A program made the translations under genes and the position numbers. A stretch of 64,000 bases of DNA from Lama glama (Eukaryota), in contig CM052841.1 of assembly GCA_028534125.1 (NCBI GenBank), positions 66,836,001-66,900,000 of the forward strand, given 5' to 3'. Below, piece by piece: positions 23,601-64,000 of the stretch (position 1 is the first letter of the stretch; each line of letters opens with the position of its first letter). The notes beneath the pieces are model-generated. The model was given only the letters and a program-made list of their open reading frames with translations. It was not told where the DNA came from and made no database searches.

Positions 23601-24094
23601 TCTGGAGTATGGGGAGCTCCCTCACACCTTTCCAGAACTCTCCTTTCTGCCAGAAGTTGGCTGGAGCCCATTTCTGCTGTCTGCAGTGGAAGGTCCTACT
23701 CGATACATCTGGTCATTCTTTTGCTCAAGTGCCTTCCAAGGCACCCACAGCCTTCGGTGTGAAGTCCAAGCTCTCGAGGAGATCCCTGGGCCATCCGTGC
23801 CGGCCTTTTCCCCCAGAGCACACCCTGGTCTCCACCCTACCCTCGGACCCCATCCTTCCTCCCGGCCTCCCTGCCTCCCTGCCTCCCCTGCAAGAACACA
23901 CTTCTTCCTCCTCTGATGTGGGTGGGGAAGGCTCCCCGCCGGGCTCGGCTAGCGGAGGTGCTCCTGTGCTGGGCCCAACGCGCCACTCCCCCCAGCCCAT
24001 CATCCACCCCTCTGCGCCGCGCTCTTGGTATGGGGCTGCCTGGATGGTGTGCCCACCACTCAGCGGGCCTGCTCTCTTCCCAAGCCGGGAGCCC

Positions 24095-24165
24095 GAGCCT
24101 GGCACGTGGCAGGTGTTCGACAGACACTGGCTGAATGAATGACTTTGTTAAAAGAATGAATGAAA
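24095..24165 (+). mobile_element. L2 3' end
   Basis: GCCTGGCACGTGGCAGGTGTTCG...CTGAATGAATGA. Confidence 0.6.
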
Positions 24166-25577
24166 GTCCAGGGAGGTGGGGCCGCTGCACATTTCAGTCT
24201 GGCACTTAGGAGCTCTGTTCCCTCTCCAAATGGAAAAACCAGATCCTGCAGTGTGTGCGGCTCTGGGTAAGAGGCCGGCGACCCCCTGCAAGCTAGTCGT
24301 GGGCGTCCTGGTCGTCCCTGCCCACCCCTCTGCCCAAGCCCCGGCCCCAACCCCAGACCCCAGACCCAGCTTCCAAGAGGAGTAGAAATCGCATGGTGAG
24401 GAAGTGGATTAGAGGTCAGGTGTTTGGAGAGAGCTCTCTGGAGCCATAACCCCACTCAGAAGCAGGGAAACATTCCACACTTGGTTTTGTGCATGAGTGT
24501 GTGGGGGTGTTTTTTTGCAGCTGTGAACTCCAGGGCCAAGGCTGCAAGCTTGGGGAAGGGAAAAAGAGAAGGGGGGAGGTGGTGGGGGAGGCAGGGGCGG
24601 AGGCGCACATGTGTTGTAGCGATTAAGGAGGAAGGGGGCTGAGGAGGGGCTGCCCCAAAGCTGGGAGACAGGTGGCCAGGCCGGGGGCAGCCCGAGGAGC
24701 CCCTGCAGAAGGGCTGGAACTCCAGCAGCCCTCTGAGGAGGGGGGCAGAGTGCAGGACGGAGGTGGGGGTGAGGCCTGCGTGTGGCTCCCATCCGAGACC
24801 TGGCCGCCTGGAGACAGACCAGCTGGCTGGGGGGAAGGCGTCCAGCTCTGAACAGGACTGAAATGACCCTCGGTTCTCGCTGGAGCCCGGGAAGGGATTG
24901 GCCTGGCGAGCTGGGGGGGGGGGCAAAGGAGCAGGAACAGGCCCATTGCTCTGGGGCTGTTGCTGCCCCTGGAGGCGTGGGGAAGGCAGGCGCAGGATTG
25001 GGCTGGGCTGGGAGCGGACTCGACCTGGGCAGGCTCCGAGCCAGCCGAGACGTGCGCTGGCATTCCCCGTCCTTCCCGCCTCCCGTGGCCTCCGCCTGCC
25101 AGCCAGCCTCCAGTCCTCCCCACCCCCACCCCACCCCTCACCTGCTGGTGCTGGGCCAATCCGGACCCCACAGGCAGCACGCTCTCCTTCTGCCAGGATG
25201 CCCTCATGCGCTTGCCTCTGCGTTCACGTCGTGGCCCTTGGCCCCCCCCCCCGGCCCCGCTGGGGTGTGTCCTCTCCATTCCAACCCCTACCCCACCGTG
25301 TGTGTCTTGAAAACCATGCACACACACAGATGTGCACTCAGGCCAGCTTGTGCCAAGCACTGTTCCTACTTCGTCCTTTTGGGCTCTGTCAGCATCTGGA
25401 GGTGGGGGGTAGCTGTCTCTCTCTCCCCGTTTTACAGAGGAGGAGACTGAGGCCCAGAAAGCAGTGGAGACCGGCTCCTGGCATGTGCTTCTAGCAAGGC
25501 ACCCATGCTGGTCAGCCTCTCAGACCACCCTGACCGCCCCTTCCAGCCCCGGCCCCCAGGCAGCATCCCTCCTCTCC

Positions 25578-25593
25578 CCAGCAGGTGGCGCTG
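25578..25593 (+). promoter_or_regulatory. CTCF consensus site
   Basis: CCAGCAGGTGGCGCTG matches the CTCF core motif without mismatch. Confidence 0.6.
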
Positions 25594-25736
25594 GTCCCAA
25601 TGGGACCCGGCAGGGGCCAGTCCTGGGTGGGGTGGGGGGGCCCATGGTGGGGCAGCCACAGCCTGGGGAGCAGGGAGTGGGAGCCGGCCCGCCACCCTCC
25701 CCTTCCCTCGCCCCCCTCGACCGTGGGGCAGGCCGG

Positions 25737-25844
25737 TTTTATAGAGGTGCTGAAATGCCTGGAATGCCACACAGCTCCCGCCTCCCGGACAGCTGTCTGT
25801 CTGCTCCGCCCGGCCCAGGATAGCAGGGCCAGCTGCTGCATTTG
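25737..25844 (-). promoter_or_regulatory. Candidate distal muscle-type TATA promoter facing MYMK
   Basis: Minus-strand CTATAAAA 25744-25737, MCAT 25761-25766, E-boxes 25790 and 25830, GC box 25806. Confidence 0.5.
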
Positions 25845-26179
25845 CATCCTCCAAATTCTGAACATGCGACCCACAGCTCCAGGTCACCCCAGAGCACATC
25901 AGCCCTTGCAGGCCGGCTCTCTGTCTAGGGATCCTCTGAGGTGGCCCTGCAGCTGGTGGGAGGGGCTCTGGGAACTGACACTCCTGACGCCTTCCTTGGG
26001 GTCCCCAGGCTGGAGCACCATCTGAGGCCTTGGCAGTGGGAGTTGTGACAGCAGTTGTGTCGTCCTCAGCTAACGGCTGACACTTAGCCACTCAGGTTAC
26101 CTTGGCTCCCAAATACCTGCCAGGTGAGCCGGGCGAGGGCTCCGCCTCCCCTGAGCTCTGGGGCCTTGGTGTGCCCTTT

Positions 26180-26320
26180 GCCCCCGTGAGCCTCAGTTTC
26201 TTCATCTGCCAAATGGAGCACCCTGCCTCTGCCTCATAAGGTCAATGTGAGCACAGTTGAGTGTGAGGAGCTCGGAGAGGTGCTGGTTTAGGAAGTGCTG
26301 GGTGTCTGCTAAGCAGCAAG
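26180..26320 (+). mobile_element. MIR fragment
   Basis: GAGCCTCAGTTTCTTCATCTGCCAAATGG core. Confidence 0.6.
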
Positions 26321-29074
26321 GAACAAACACGGGGCACTTCAGGCGAATGCTTCTCTGAAAGGCGGCCTCGCCGTCCACTCACGGAGGAATGGCTGCCCGA
26401 GGGACCCAGGGCTGGGAGCGGCCACAATTGACTGAACTGCCTCTGCGAGGATGGGAGACTGGGCGGAGGTCCTTGCCACCTGGCCTACCTTAGGGACAGG
26501 TCCTGCGGCAGCGGAAAGGCTGCTGGGAAGGCACCGATCTCTGCTGTCCCTGCAGGACCTGACTCCCGTCCAGCCGGGCTCGGCCTGAGGCCTGGGCAGG
26601 CTGTGAAGTGCATCCAGGGGCCCACACGGATGCGGCTTCTGCCAGCGCCGCTGCCCCTCGCCCAGCGGCCGTCTGTCCCTGGCTCCGCAGCAGGAAGCTC
26701 ACTTCCCAGCCACGCCAGGGCTTCTCATGGCCCCATCCTTGCTCTAGATGTGGGGACAAAGGAGCTTCTTTCTTGTGGATTTTGAGAGTGAGGAGGCCTA
26801 AACTCCCCGAGGCCCCCCATTTGAACTCCAAGCCTCGACCTTGTAGGACATGCAGAGCTGGGGAAGGGGGGTCCTTCTGTTTTGAGGTCCAGCCTCTGGC
26901 ACACTGACCCCCAGCAGTCTGTGGGGGGGGTTCTTACCGAGCAGCCAGTCTGGGCCCGGAGCTGGTGTCTGCGCTGGGCTGGGTGGGGAGCGCACGAGGA
27001 GAGACTGGCTGCTGGGCCTCTCCCGGAACCGGCTCTCCTGCAGTCCTGGCCAGCCCCCTCCAAACTGGCCACGTGGTCCTTTGGTGGCTCAGTCCCTGTT
27101 AGGGGCAAGAGGTCTGCTGTCAGAAGGTGCCCGGATGCCCGCAGCTCGGGGTGGGCAGTGGGACATCGGGGCTGGGACAGGGTAGATGTGTGTCGTGCTG
27201 GCTGGCCTCTGGGTGCCGGGGTGAGGACCCCCCTCACATGGGCTCTGTCCAGTCCCCGCCCTTCTGAGCTCCGTTCTGGACCCGTGGCTGCACAGGAAGG
27301 GCCCATCTCCCAGCATGACTGTCCAGCCACTGGGACCCCGAAGCCGGTCAACCCCGGCCCACAGCCCCCCCCGCCTCGGTCTGTCCTGCCCCCAGGCTGG
27401 CTTCTCCCCTTTGTTTCCTACGCCTCTCCCTGCCTGCCCGCAGAAATGTGCCCGTTTTGCTGCTTCTTAGCTCCTCCTCAGACATCCGGAAAGCTCCGGT
27501 GGAAAGACAATCTCCTTCTGAAGAAACAAGTGTCGCCAGCGTCCCCAGCCAGGGTCACACGGAGTGGAGGGGACATCTCACCCTCACCCCAGAGGACAAG
27601 GAGCCACAGACAAATCCACCCTCTCGTGTGTCGAGCGTCTTCTACGTGCTGGGCTCTGGCAGGCGCCGAGGGTACAGTGTGAACCAGGAGCAGCCCCATT
27701 CTGTGGGGTCCCAGACGCAGTCCGGGGAGATCCTGCCCAGTGCGAGAAGCCAGAGCAAAGTGTTGGCCACCTGGTGGGCTTCCTGGAGCAGGTGGCTTCT
27801 GAAGGTCATCTGGAGGACCAAGCGTCCAGATGGGTGGGAAGGAAGAGCTCCAGAGAACAGGGAGCAGGAACCCAGACGGGGGCTCTGAGCCGTTTCTTTC
27901 ACTGACTCTCCAGGCCCCCGGGGCATCTTCTGGGCTGGGGGCAGCAGTTCCGAGGGCTGCTTGGCGACCCGTGGGGCTCAGTGCAAAGTGGGGAGCCCCT
28001 TGCTCATGAGGCGGGACGAAGCTGTCTCCCCTCAGGGCCTCTCCTGAACAGTGGGGTGTTCTTATTTGCTGTTAACACTGTGCTCCTTCAGGCAGGGGGA
28101 GGTCACGCAGTGAGTACCTGGGCCCCCGGCCTGAGACTCAGTCTGACTCCGGCTCCCCGGGGGCAGAGGGCAGTCCTGACAGGTGCAGGGGGTGGGAGGT
28201 GCTCCGGCGGGAGCGCCAAGCCCCCAGGCAGCCTCTGCCGCCCCATCTGACATCACTCCTAGAACACAGATTCTAAGCAAACACAATTAAACCTTCAAGA
28301 CGGTGACGGCCGAGCATGAACCCCGAGCACGGCCTCTTCTGAGCAGGCCTGGGCTGCTGCTCTGGTTACTCACTGTGCAGCCGGCTGGGGGCTCCTCAGA
28401 CACTCTGGGTACTGCCTTCCAGGCCTGGCCGTGACCCTGTGAGTGTGGCCCGAGGGCACCTAAGTCCCCGCCAGGAGGCCCACCCCGAGCAGCTCACCAG
28501 AGCTGACAGCGGCCCCACGCTCGGCCCACGACGAGGCCTTCAGAGGCACTTCCTGCCTGTGCCGGACTCTTCACGGCCACCCCGCCCGCCCCTGCCAGAT
28601 TCCGGGGGTCTTCAGGGGCCCCAGAGGCCTCCCCTGACTCTTGATGTCTCCCTCCAAAACCTCCAGGCCACCAGTGGACCCAGTGTTGGTCACAGCTCCC
28701 CATGGGTCTGGAGTTTGGGGCCCCACTGGTGTCCCTCCGGGTCGGGGAGCCCCAGCTGGCTCCGGACAGTAGCAGGTAGGTTGGGTGGACGTGTGGCAGA
28801 CCCAGGTCAGACATCTGCTGGAGGTGTCAGGGCCAGGGGTGGCATTCAAGGCACTGTCCTGCTGAACTGAGAGCAGGAGCTGGGATGTTTGTGTCGGCTG
28901 GCTGCAGGGTCCCTCCCAGGGGAAACCGTTAGTCACCCTGGCGCTGGCTGGGTGTGGAGCCAGCGATGCCAGGAGAGCTCGGGACTGTGCCAAGGGATGC
29001 AGAGCCCTGACACTCGGCTGGTGGCAGAGGTCCCAGAGTGAGAGCGGTCAGTCGTGCGTCTGTGAGGGGGTCGG

Positions 29075-29230
29075 GGAGTGTGTGTGTGTGCGCGCCTCTG
29101 TGTGTGTGCCTGTGTGTGTATGTTGTGTGCATAAGGGTGTGTACACCTCTGTGTGTGCTTCTGGGTGTATGTGAGAGCATGTGTGTGCCTGTGTTTGTAT
29201 GTGTGCACGTGCGCACACGCGCATGCACCA
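29075..29230. repeat. Degenerate (TG)n tract
   Basis: Direct reading. Confidence 0.85.
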
Positions 29231-29464
29231 GTGCTGCGTGACAGGCTCCACCGTGTCTGTGCTTCAGCACACCGACCCCAGGGGGCAGCACGGACCTGGG
29301 TTCGAGTCTTGGTTCCGCTAAGCATCCCAGGGGCCCCAGGAGGAAAATGAGACGGATAAGACCTGCCCCCCGGAGGGTTCTGGGGAGGGCGAACATGCTA
29401 TAAGAGGCCTCCAGATTGAGAAGATGTGATCCGTGAGGGCGCCGGGGTCCCCAATGTGCCGCTT

Positions 29465-29560
29465 ACCAGGTGGGTGACCTTGGGCATCACTCAGCCGTCT
29501 CAGAGCCTCAGTTCCTCTGTCTGTAAAATGGGATGGCGAAGATGCTGAGCTCACAGCTCC
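29465..29560 (+). mobile_element. MIR fragment
   Basis: GTGACCTTGGGCA...GCCTCAGTTCCTCTGTCTGTAAAATGGG. Confidence 0.65.
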
Positions 29561-30539
29561 TGGCACAGAGGAAGAACTCGGCGCAGGGCCGCGGGCGTGG
29601 TTGGTTTTAGTGTCGCTGCTGGTTGCTCTCCTCCCCGACTACTCCTGTCCGTGGCAGAATTTTCCCAGGGGTGGAACAATTCTCAGCTGCCCAAGGAGCT
29701 CACCACAGTTCCTTCCAGCAGGGAGGGTGCAGGGAGGGGGAAGGCTTTCCAGGAGCCACTGTGAGCCTTCGACCTCCAGGGCGCAGAGGCAGGGGGATGG
29801 ACGAAATGGCTCAGTCTGGCCCCCTTCCATCCTCACCATTTGGAGGTATCTCTATGTCCCAGGAGGGTGGGTTCCGGGGAGCCCGGAGTGTGGGGGCGGT
29901 GCCTTCCCTCGCTCCCGGTGCAGCTTGCAAAGTCGGGGGTCGGCTTGGGTTCCCGGGGGCTGGAGTTTGTGCTGCTTGCTCCGTGCTCTGCTCCACGCTC
30001 TGACTCAGCAGGAACACAGGCCCAGAGCCCCGCGCCGGTCTGCCAGGGGCTGCCCGGCTGGCCCCGGCCCGGCCAGGCTGCTGTGCGCTGCCAGGCCAGT
30101 GCTGAGCAGCGGCAGGGCTCCGCACGCCTCCTCCCGCGGGCTCTGGCCGTTCTGGCTGTCTGGTCAGCGGGCCGTGTGTGCTGCTCTCCCTTCCGTGGAG
30201 CCCTCGGCTGAGCCCTTGCTGAGTCTGCCTCAGTCCGTCCGCCTGCTTGGGCTTCTGCTTCTCAGGAGAAGCTTTCCAAGGCTGGCTGGCTGACCTCGGA
30301 GCATGATCGCCCTTCTGGACCTCAGTCTTCCTATCTGTAAAACGGAGCTATCAGAGTGGATGCCTCATTCACCCCACACTCCAGTCTGGGGAGTGTCACA
30401 GACTCGGCCGTCCCCCAGAAGCAGAAATCCAGCGTACCAAGCCTGGGGCTCGGCTTGGCCATCACTGACCTCCCCTGTGACCGTGGGCCAGAGGCCACTT
30501 CGTCTGGACACCCTGACGCGCAGTCCTGAGTTCTGGACC

Positions 30540-30960
30540 CGGGAAGGCGGCCTCCCCGCTCGCTGCCGCGGCAGCAGTCAGCAGGCAGCTGGGCCGGCCT
30601 GGCCGGGCTCCAGAGGCGCGGAGCGGGTTAAAGTGTGCGCCAGGCCGGCCGCGGCGGGCGGGGGGAGCAGCCTGGTGGGAAGTGTGAGTTCCTCCCTGTC
30701 TGCCTGACAGCTATAAAGGCCGCCGCGCCGCAGAGCCGCCACTGGGCTGCGCGCCTCCCTGGGAACCCCCTCTTGTGGGTGCTCTTTGAAGTGGAGGAGG
30801 GAGGCGGCGAGGGGGAGGAGGAGGAAGGGAGAGAGCAGAGCCCACAGCTCCCTGCACGCGGAGCCTCCCCTGCACCGCGCACCTGGCGCCGCCTGCCCGC
30901 AGCGGCTCGGCCCCTTTCTCCGTGAGGACAACCTGCTGACCCCCGGGCCAGGTAGGCCAC
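30540..30960 (+). promoter_or_regulatory. ADAMTSL2: ADAMTSL2 promoter: CpG-rich, TATAAA at 30712-30717, RBPJ-like GTGGGAA at 30675
   Basis: Local CpG enrichment. The TATA box is followed by an ATG-free segment ending in donor CAG|GTAGG at 30951. Confidence 0.7.
30742..30951 (+). other. ADAMTSL2: ADAMTSL2 non-coding exon 1 (start approximate)
   Basis: Starts ~30 nt after TATA; donor at 30952. Probably joins the acceptor at 32521, which gives 149 nt of UTR in exon 2. Confidence 0.6.
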
Positions 30961-32669
30961 CTCGCCCCGTCTGGCTCCCACTGCAGCCCTCCCAGGGCAG
31001 CCCTGAGTGCATGCAGAGCATCCCCCAGCCCCCTAGGGGAGCTGTTATGTAACAGGAGCTGGGCTTGTGGGGAGGGGTCCAGACCCCCAGAGCACCGTGA
31101 GGGTGGCCCCTCAGCTCCCAGCCTAGGGCGCCTGAAGCCCTTGTTTGCAGGGCAAGCCTCTCCCGCTGGCTGGTGGCTGTTTTTGGACCCCAGGGAGGGA
31201 TGGATCCCGCGTGAGCCGGGCCTGGCCTGAAGCCAGCGGTGTCTGGGAGCCTTAATGAAAACCAAGTGTGCGGCCGGCTCAGCACCTGTCTTCAGCCTGC
31301 AGGCAGGAGCCGGGGCACCAATTAGCCAACAGGACCGCCGAGGGGGCTCTGTGCTTGCAGGGGGCTGGTGGGGGTGCAGATGGAGGCCTGCGGGGGAGGG
31401 GTGGCAGCAGGGCGGGGAGGCGGCGGGCAGGTGGCTGGGGTGCTGGAGAGCTCGGGGCCCGCAGCCCCGAACTCCAGGCTGCACTGCTGCCTCGCCTTGG
31501 GCAGAGACATTCCTGGGGCACAAGGGTGTCACTGGCGTAGCTCCTGAAAACGTGCAGGTGCTTGAGCTGTGAGGAAATGAGGGCTTGACGGAGGAGAGAG
31601 AGGAACACATGTGGAGCTGGTTTCGGGGCTGGCAGGCGTGGGGGAAGGAGGGATTTCCATACCTTCTTTCCTTAGAATTAGCCGGATGCAGGGGACTAGT
31701 CGCCAAGTTTGCTATGGGTTCTGGGGGTTAGTCAGCCACCTTGCTGTGTGGCTTTGGGCAAGTTGGTTTCCCTCTCTGGTTCCAGGCTATAGGGGGATGA
31801 ACTGGTGGTTTCTGAAACCCCTTCTTCAACCTGCTGGCAAGTGGCACTTAGGACCTGAGACAAACCCTGGACAGAGGCCACTGCAGGCCCTGTTCCTCCC
31901 TTCTTGGGGGTAGAAAGAGGGGGCTGAGGGCCCAGGAGGCTGGAATCTCCTCTTGATTTGACCCCCGGCAGGGAAGTCAAGTAGTGCTTTGGGCTGGGGG
32001 TGCTGAATTCTTGGGAAGAAGACAGCTCCGTGGCCCTGGGCCGCCTGCACTCCACATTCCCGAACACCATCCGTGCGTCTTCTCTGTGGGTGGTGGGGGC
32101 CCAGTTCCCTCAGGGGCAGGGGGAGGCTGTGGCCAGGGAGGGGAAGGGCCTGGCAGAGCCCATGGCATCCATGGACCCCCGGCTGCAGGTCCAGGTAGCC
32201 GGTGGGGAGGGTCATTCTCCCACGTCACCAGCAAGTACTGAGCAGATAAAAATCTCAAGGTGCTCTTGCTTGGGCCAGGCCTCCTGGCCAAAATAATGGA
32301 CCAGTTAGTCCTCAGCTCCTTGATCCAGTGGATGCAGCCTTGGCCTACAGGTTTCTCCCCAGGCGTTCTCCAGGGAGCTCAGGTATTCAGAGGCAAAGCA
32401 TGGCCCAGGTCCCCAGATGCCTTCAGGTCAGGTGGCACAGGCTTAGCACACATATCACCACCCTATTGTCTCAAGCCTGTGGCAGGCATCCCTAATCACT
32501 CATCGAACTCTTCCAACAAGGCCGCCAGGCAGTCACTACCAACTGATTCCAGATAACCTCAGGCCTCAGCACTGGTTGGGCCCTGACGGCTTTCCCCCAC
32601 AGTGGACCCTGGCCAGCTGGAAGAGGAGCTGGGCCTGGCCCGGCAGTGACAGTGGCCTTGCTTCCTAGG

Positions 32670-62654
<29,985 letters not shown>

Positions 62655-63138
62655 GCCCGGCAGCCGCCCCTCAGAGACCGAGCACCCCATCCCTGGGGCC
62701 GCAGCAGCTCCTGGGGCCCTTCCACGGACACCCTTCCTGCAGGGCGCCCAGCTGTGAAGACGTGACACTGAGCCTCTGCTCTCCCCGGGTAGGAGAGCCC
62801 CCGAGAGTGCCCACCAGCCCTCCTGGGACACAGCCATGAGGATGGCGCGTTTGTGGTTCCTCCCTGGGCACCCAGCCCCACCCAGGGGCCTGGAGACGTC
62901 GTCTCTCCCTCCAGGGCTGGGGGAGGGGCAGCCAGGGAGATCAGGGGCCGCCGGGGTCCTGCTCCTGTGCAGGTGCGCTCCTCCCAGAGGAATTTTAATC
63001 TCACGGTTTAGCATCGTTCGCCTCCCCGACACGAAGCTCTTGGCACGCAGGGACCCACCGCACTTTACGCCCGGGAAGAGGCATGTTTCTCACGGCACGC
63101 GTGGCCGTGCCGTCGTGCGTCAGTACTCTCTGTATGTT

Positions 63139-63144
63139 AATAAA
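63139..63144 (+). terminator. ADAMTSL2: ADAMTSL2 polyadenylation signal AATAAA
   Basis: First AATAAA ~485 nt after the stop, with upstream TGTA and GT-rich downstream sequence. Confidence 0.85.
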
Positions 63145-64000
63145 GTGGCCGTATTTATGGTGACACTGTGGGCTCTCCGGGGCTCTGCCAGGAGGGGTGG
63201 GCGGCCGAGGGGCTGCGAGAGCCGGGGTGGCCGTCCCGCTCGGCCATTCGGGAGACTCCGCTGAGGCCTTGGGTCCAGGACCGAGTGGGGCTGGGGGCCG
63301 GGCGGCAATGCGGAAACGGAAGGCAGGGGAAAGCAGACAGAAGGCGAGGAAGCCTGGGCCGCGAGGGGGGGGGGCTCAGGGCCGTCAGGACTCGGGCGCT
63401 GGAGTCAGAGCTGAGCCAGTCTTGCTCCTCTCAGCTGGGCTGGGGCGCCGTCACCCAAACCTTGGGGTGTGCTGGGGAGAGCAGAGGAGGCGAGGCAGGC
63501 AGGGCAGGAGGGCCCGTGCCGAGTGCGCAGAGAACGCCCATCATTACTGTTTCTTAGAAGGGCTACCTAACCTGGACTTGGGGGTGCGGGGACACGGGAG
63601 GGCTTCCTGGGGAAGGCGACGTTTAGGGCAGTCCAGCAGCAGGCGTGGTTCTGAAAGAGGGGAAGAGTGCATAGAAAACGAAAGCTTTGGGGCGGGGGTG
63701 GGAGTCAAGGATGCCCAAAGCACCCTGGTTTGGCTGCAGCAGAGGAGGGAGGACATGGCTGTCCACCCACTGCAGGACAGCAGACCAGTGCAGGGCCGAG
63801 GCTGCCACAGGGGGTCTCCTTTGGGGACAGGGAGGAGGGGCAAGTGGCTGCCTGGCTGCTTCCCCGGGGTTTGGAGCCAGCCTGTCCCCAGACAGGGACC
63901 AGAGCAGGGCCCACCGCAGTGCTCAGGGTGGAATCCACAGCGCGGCAGTTGGCTGAGCAGCACTGCAGGTTGGCTGAGGCCCTGGGGTGGCTCCCTCGAG

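Noticed and set aside
29263-29295. TTCAGCAC resembling a REST/NRSE half site
   Set aside because: Half site is imperfect and the GGACAG half is absent
30711-31706. 331-aa minus-strand ORF over the ADAMTSL2 promoter
   Set aside because: Stop-poor GC/CpG-rich sequence, Pro/Ala/Arg-biased, no family signature

Overview
Mammalian genomic DNA, very GC-rich. A Vic-1-type tRNA-derived SINE points to a camelid, and the region is syntenic with human 9q34. Two complete, intact spliced genes lie head-to-head. MYMK (myomaker/TMEM8C) is on the minus strand: 5 coding exons, 22402->14104, 221 aa. ADAMTSL2 is on the plus strand: a TATA promoter at ~30.7 kb, a non-coding exon 1, 18 coding exons 32670->62654, 955 aa, and AATAAA at 63139. 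All junctions were read from the sequence and keep frame. The rest is intron/intergenic DNA with SINE, MIR, L1, L2, CR1, LTR and hAT relics, microsatellites and one 500-N assembly gap. Most ORF-track entries are GC-rich noise. I see no new protein-coding system. The best leads are regulatory or isoform-level: (1) a muscle-type TATA promoter ~3.3 kb upstream of MYMK, with a matching donor and an acceptor just before the ATG; (2) a Cys218->Ser change in the myomaker palmitoylation tail; (3) a perfect CTCF site between the genes; (4) a perfect RFX X-box; (5) an exact 24-bp direct repeat bracketing in-frame ADAMTSL2 exon 8; (6) a palindromic MER53 nested in MER3 downstream of MYMK. Comparisons with human/mouse proteins and repeat consensi are from memory, not from searches.
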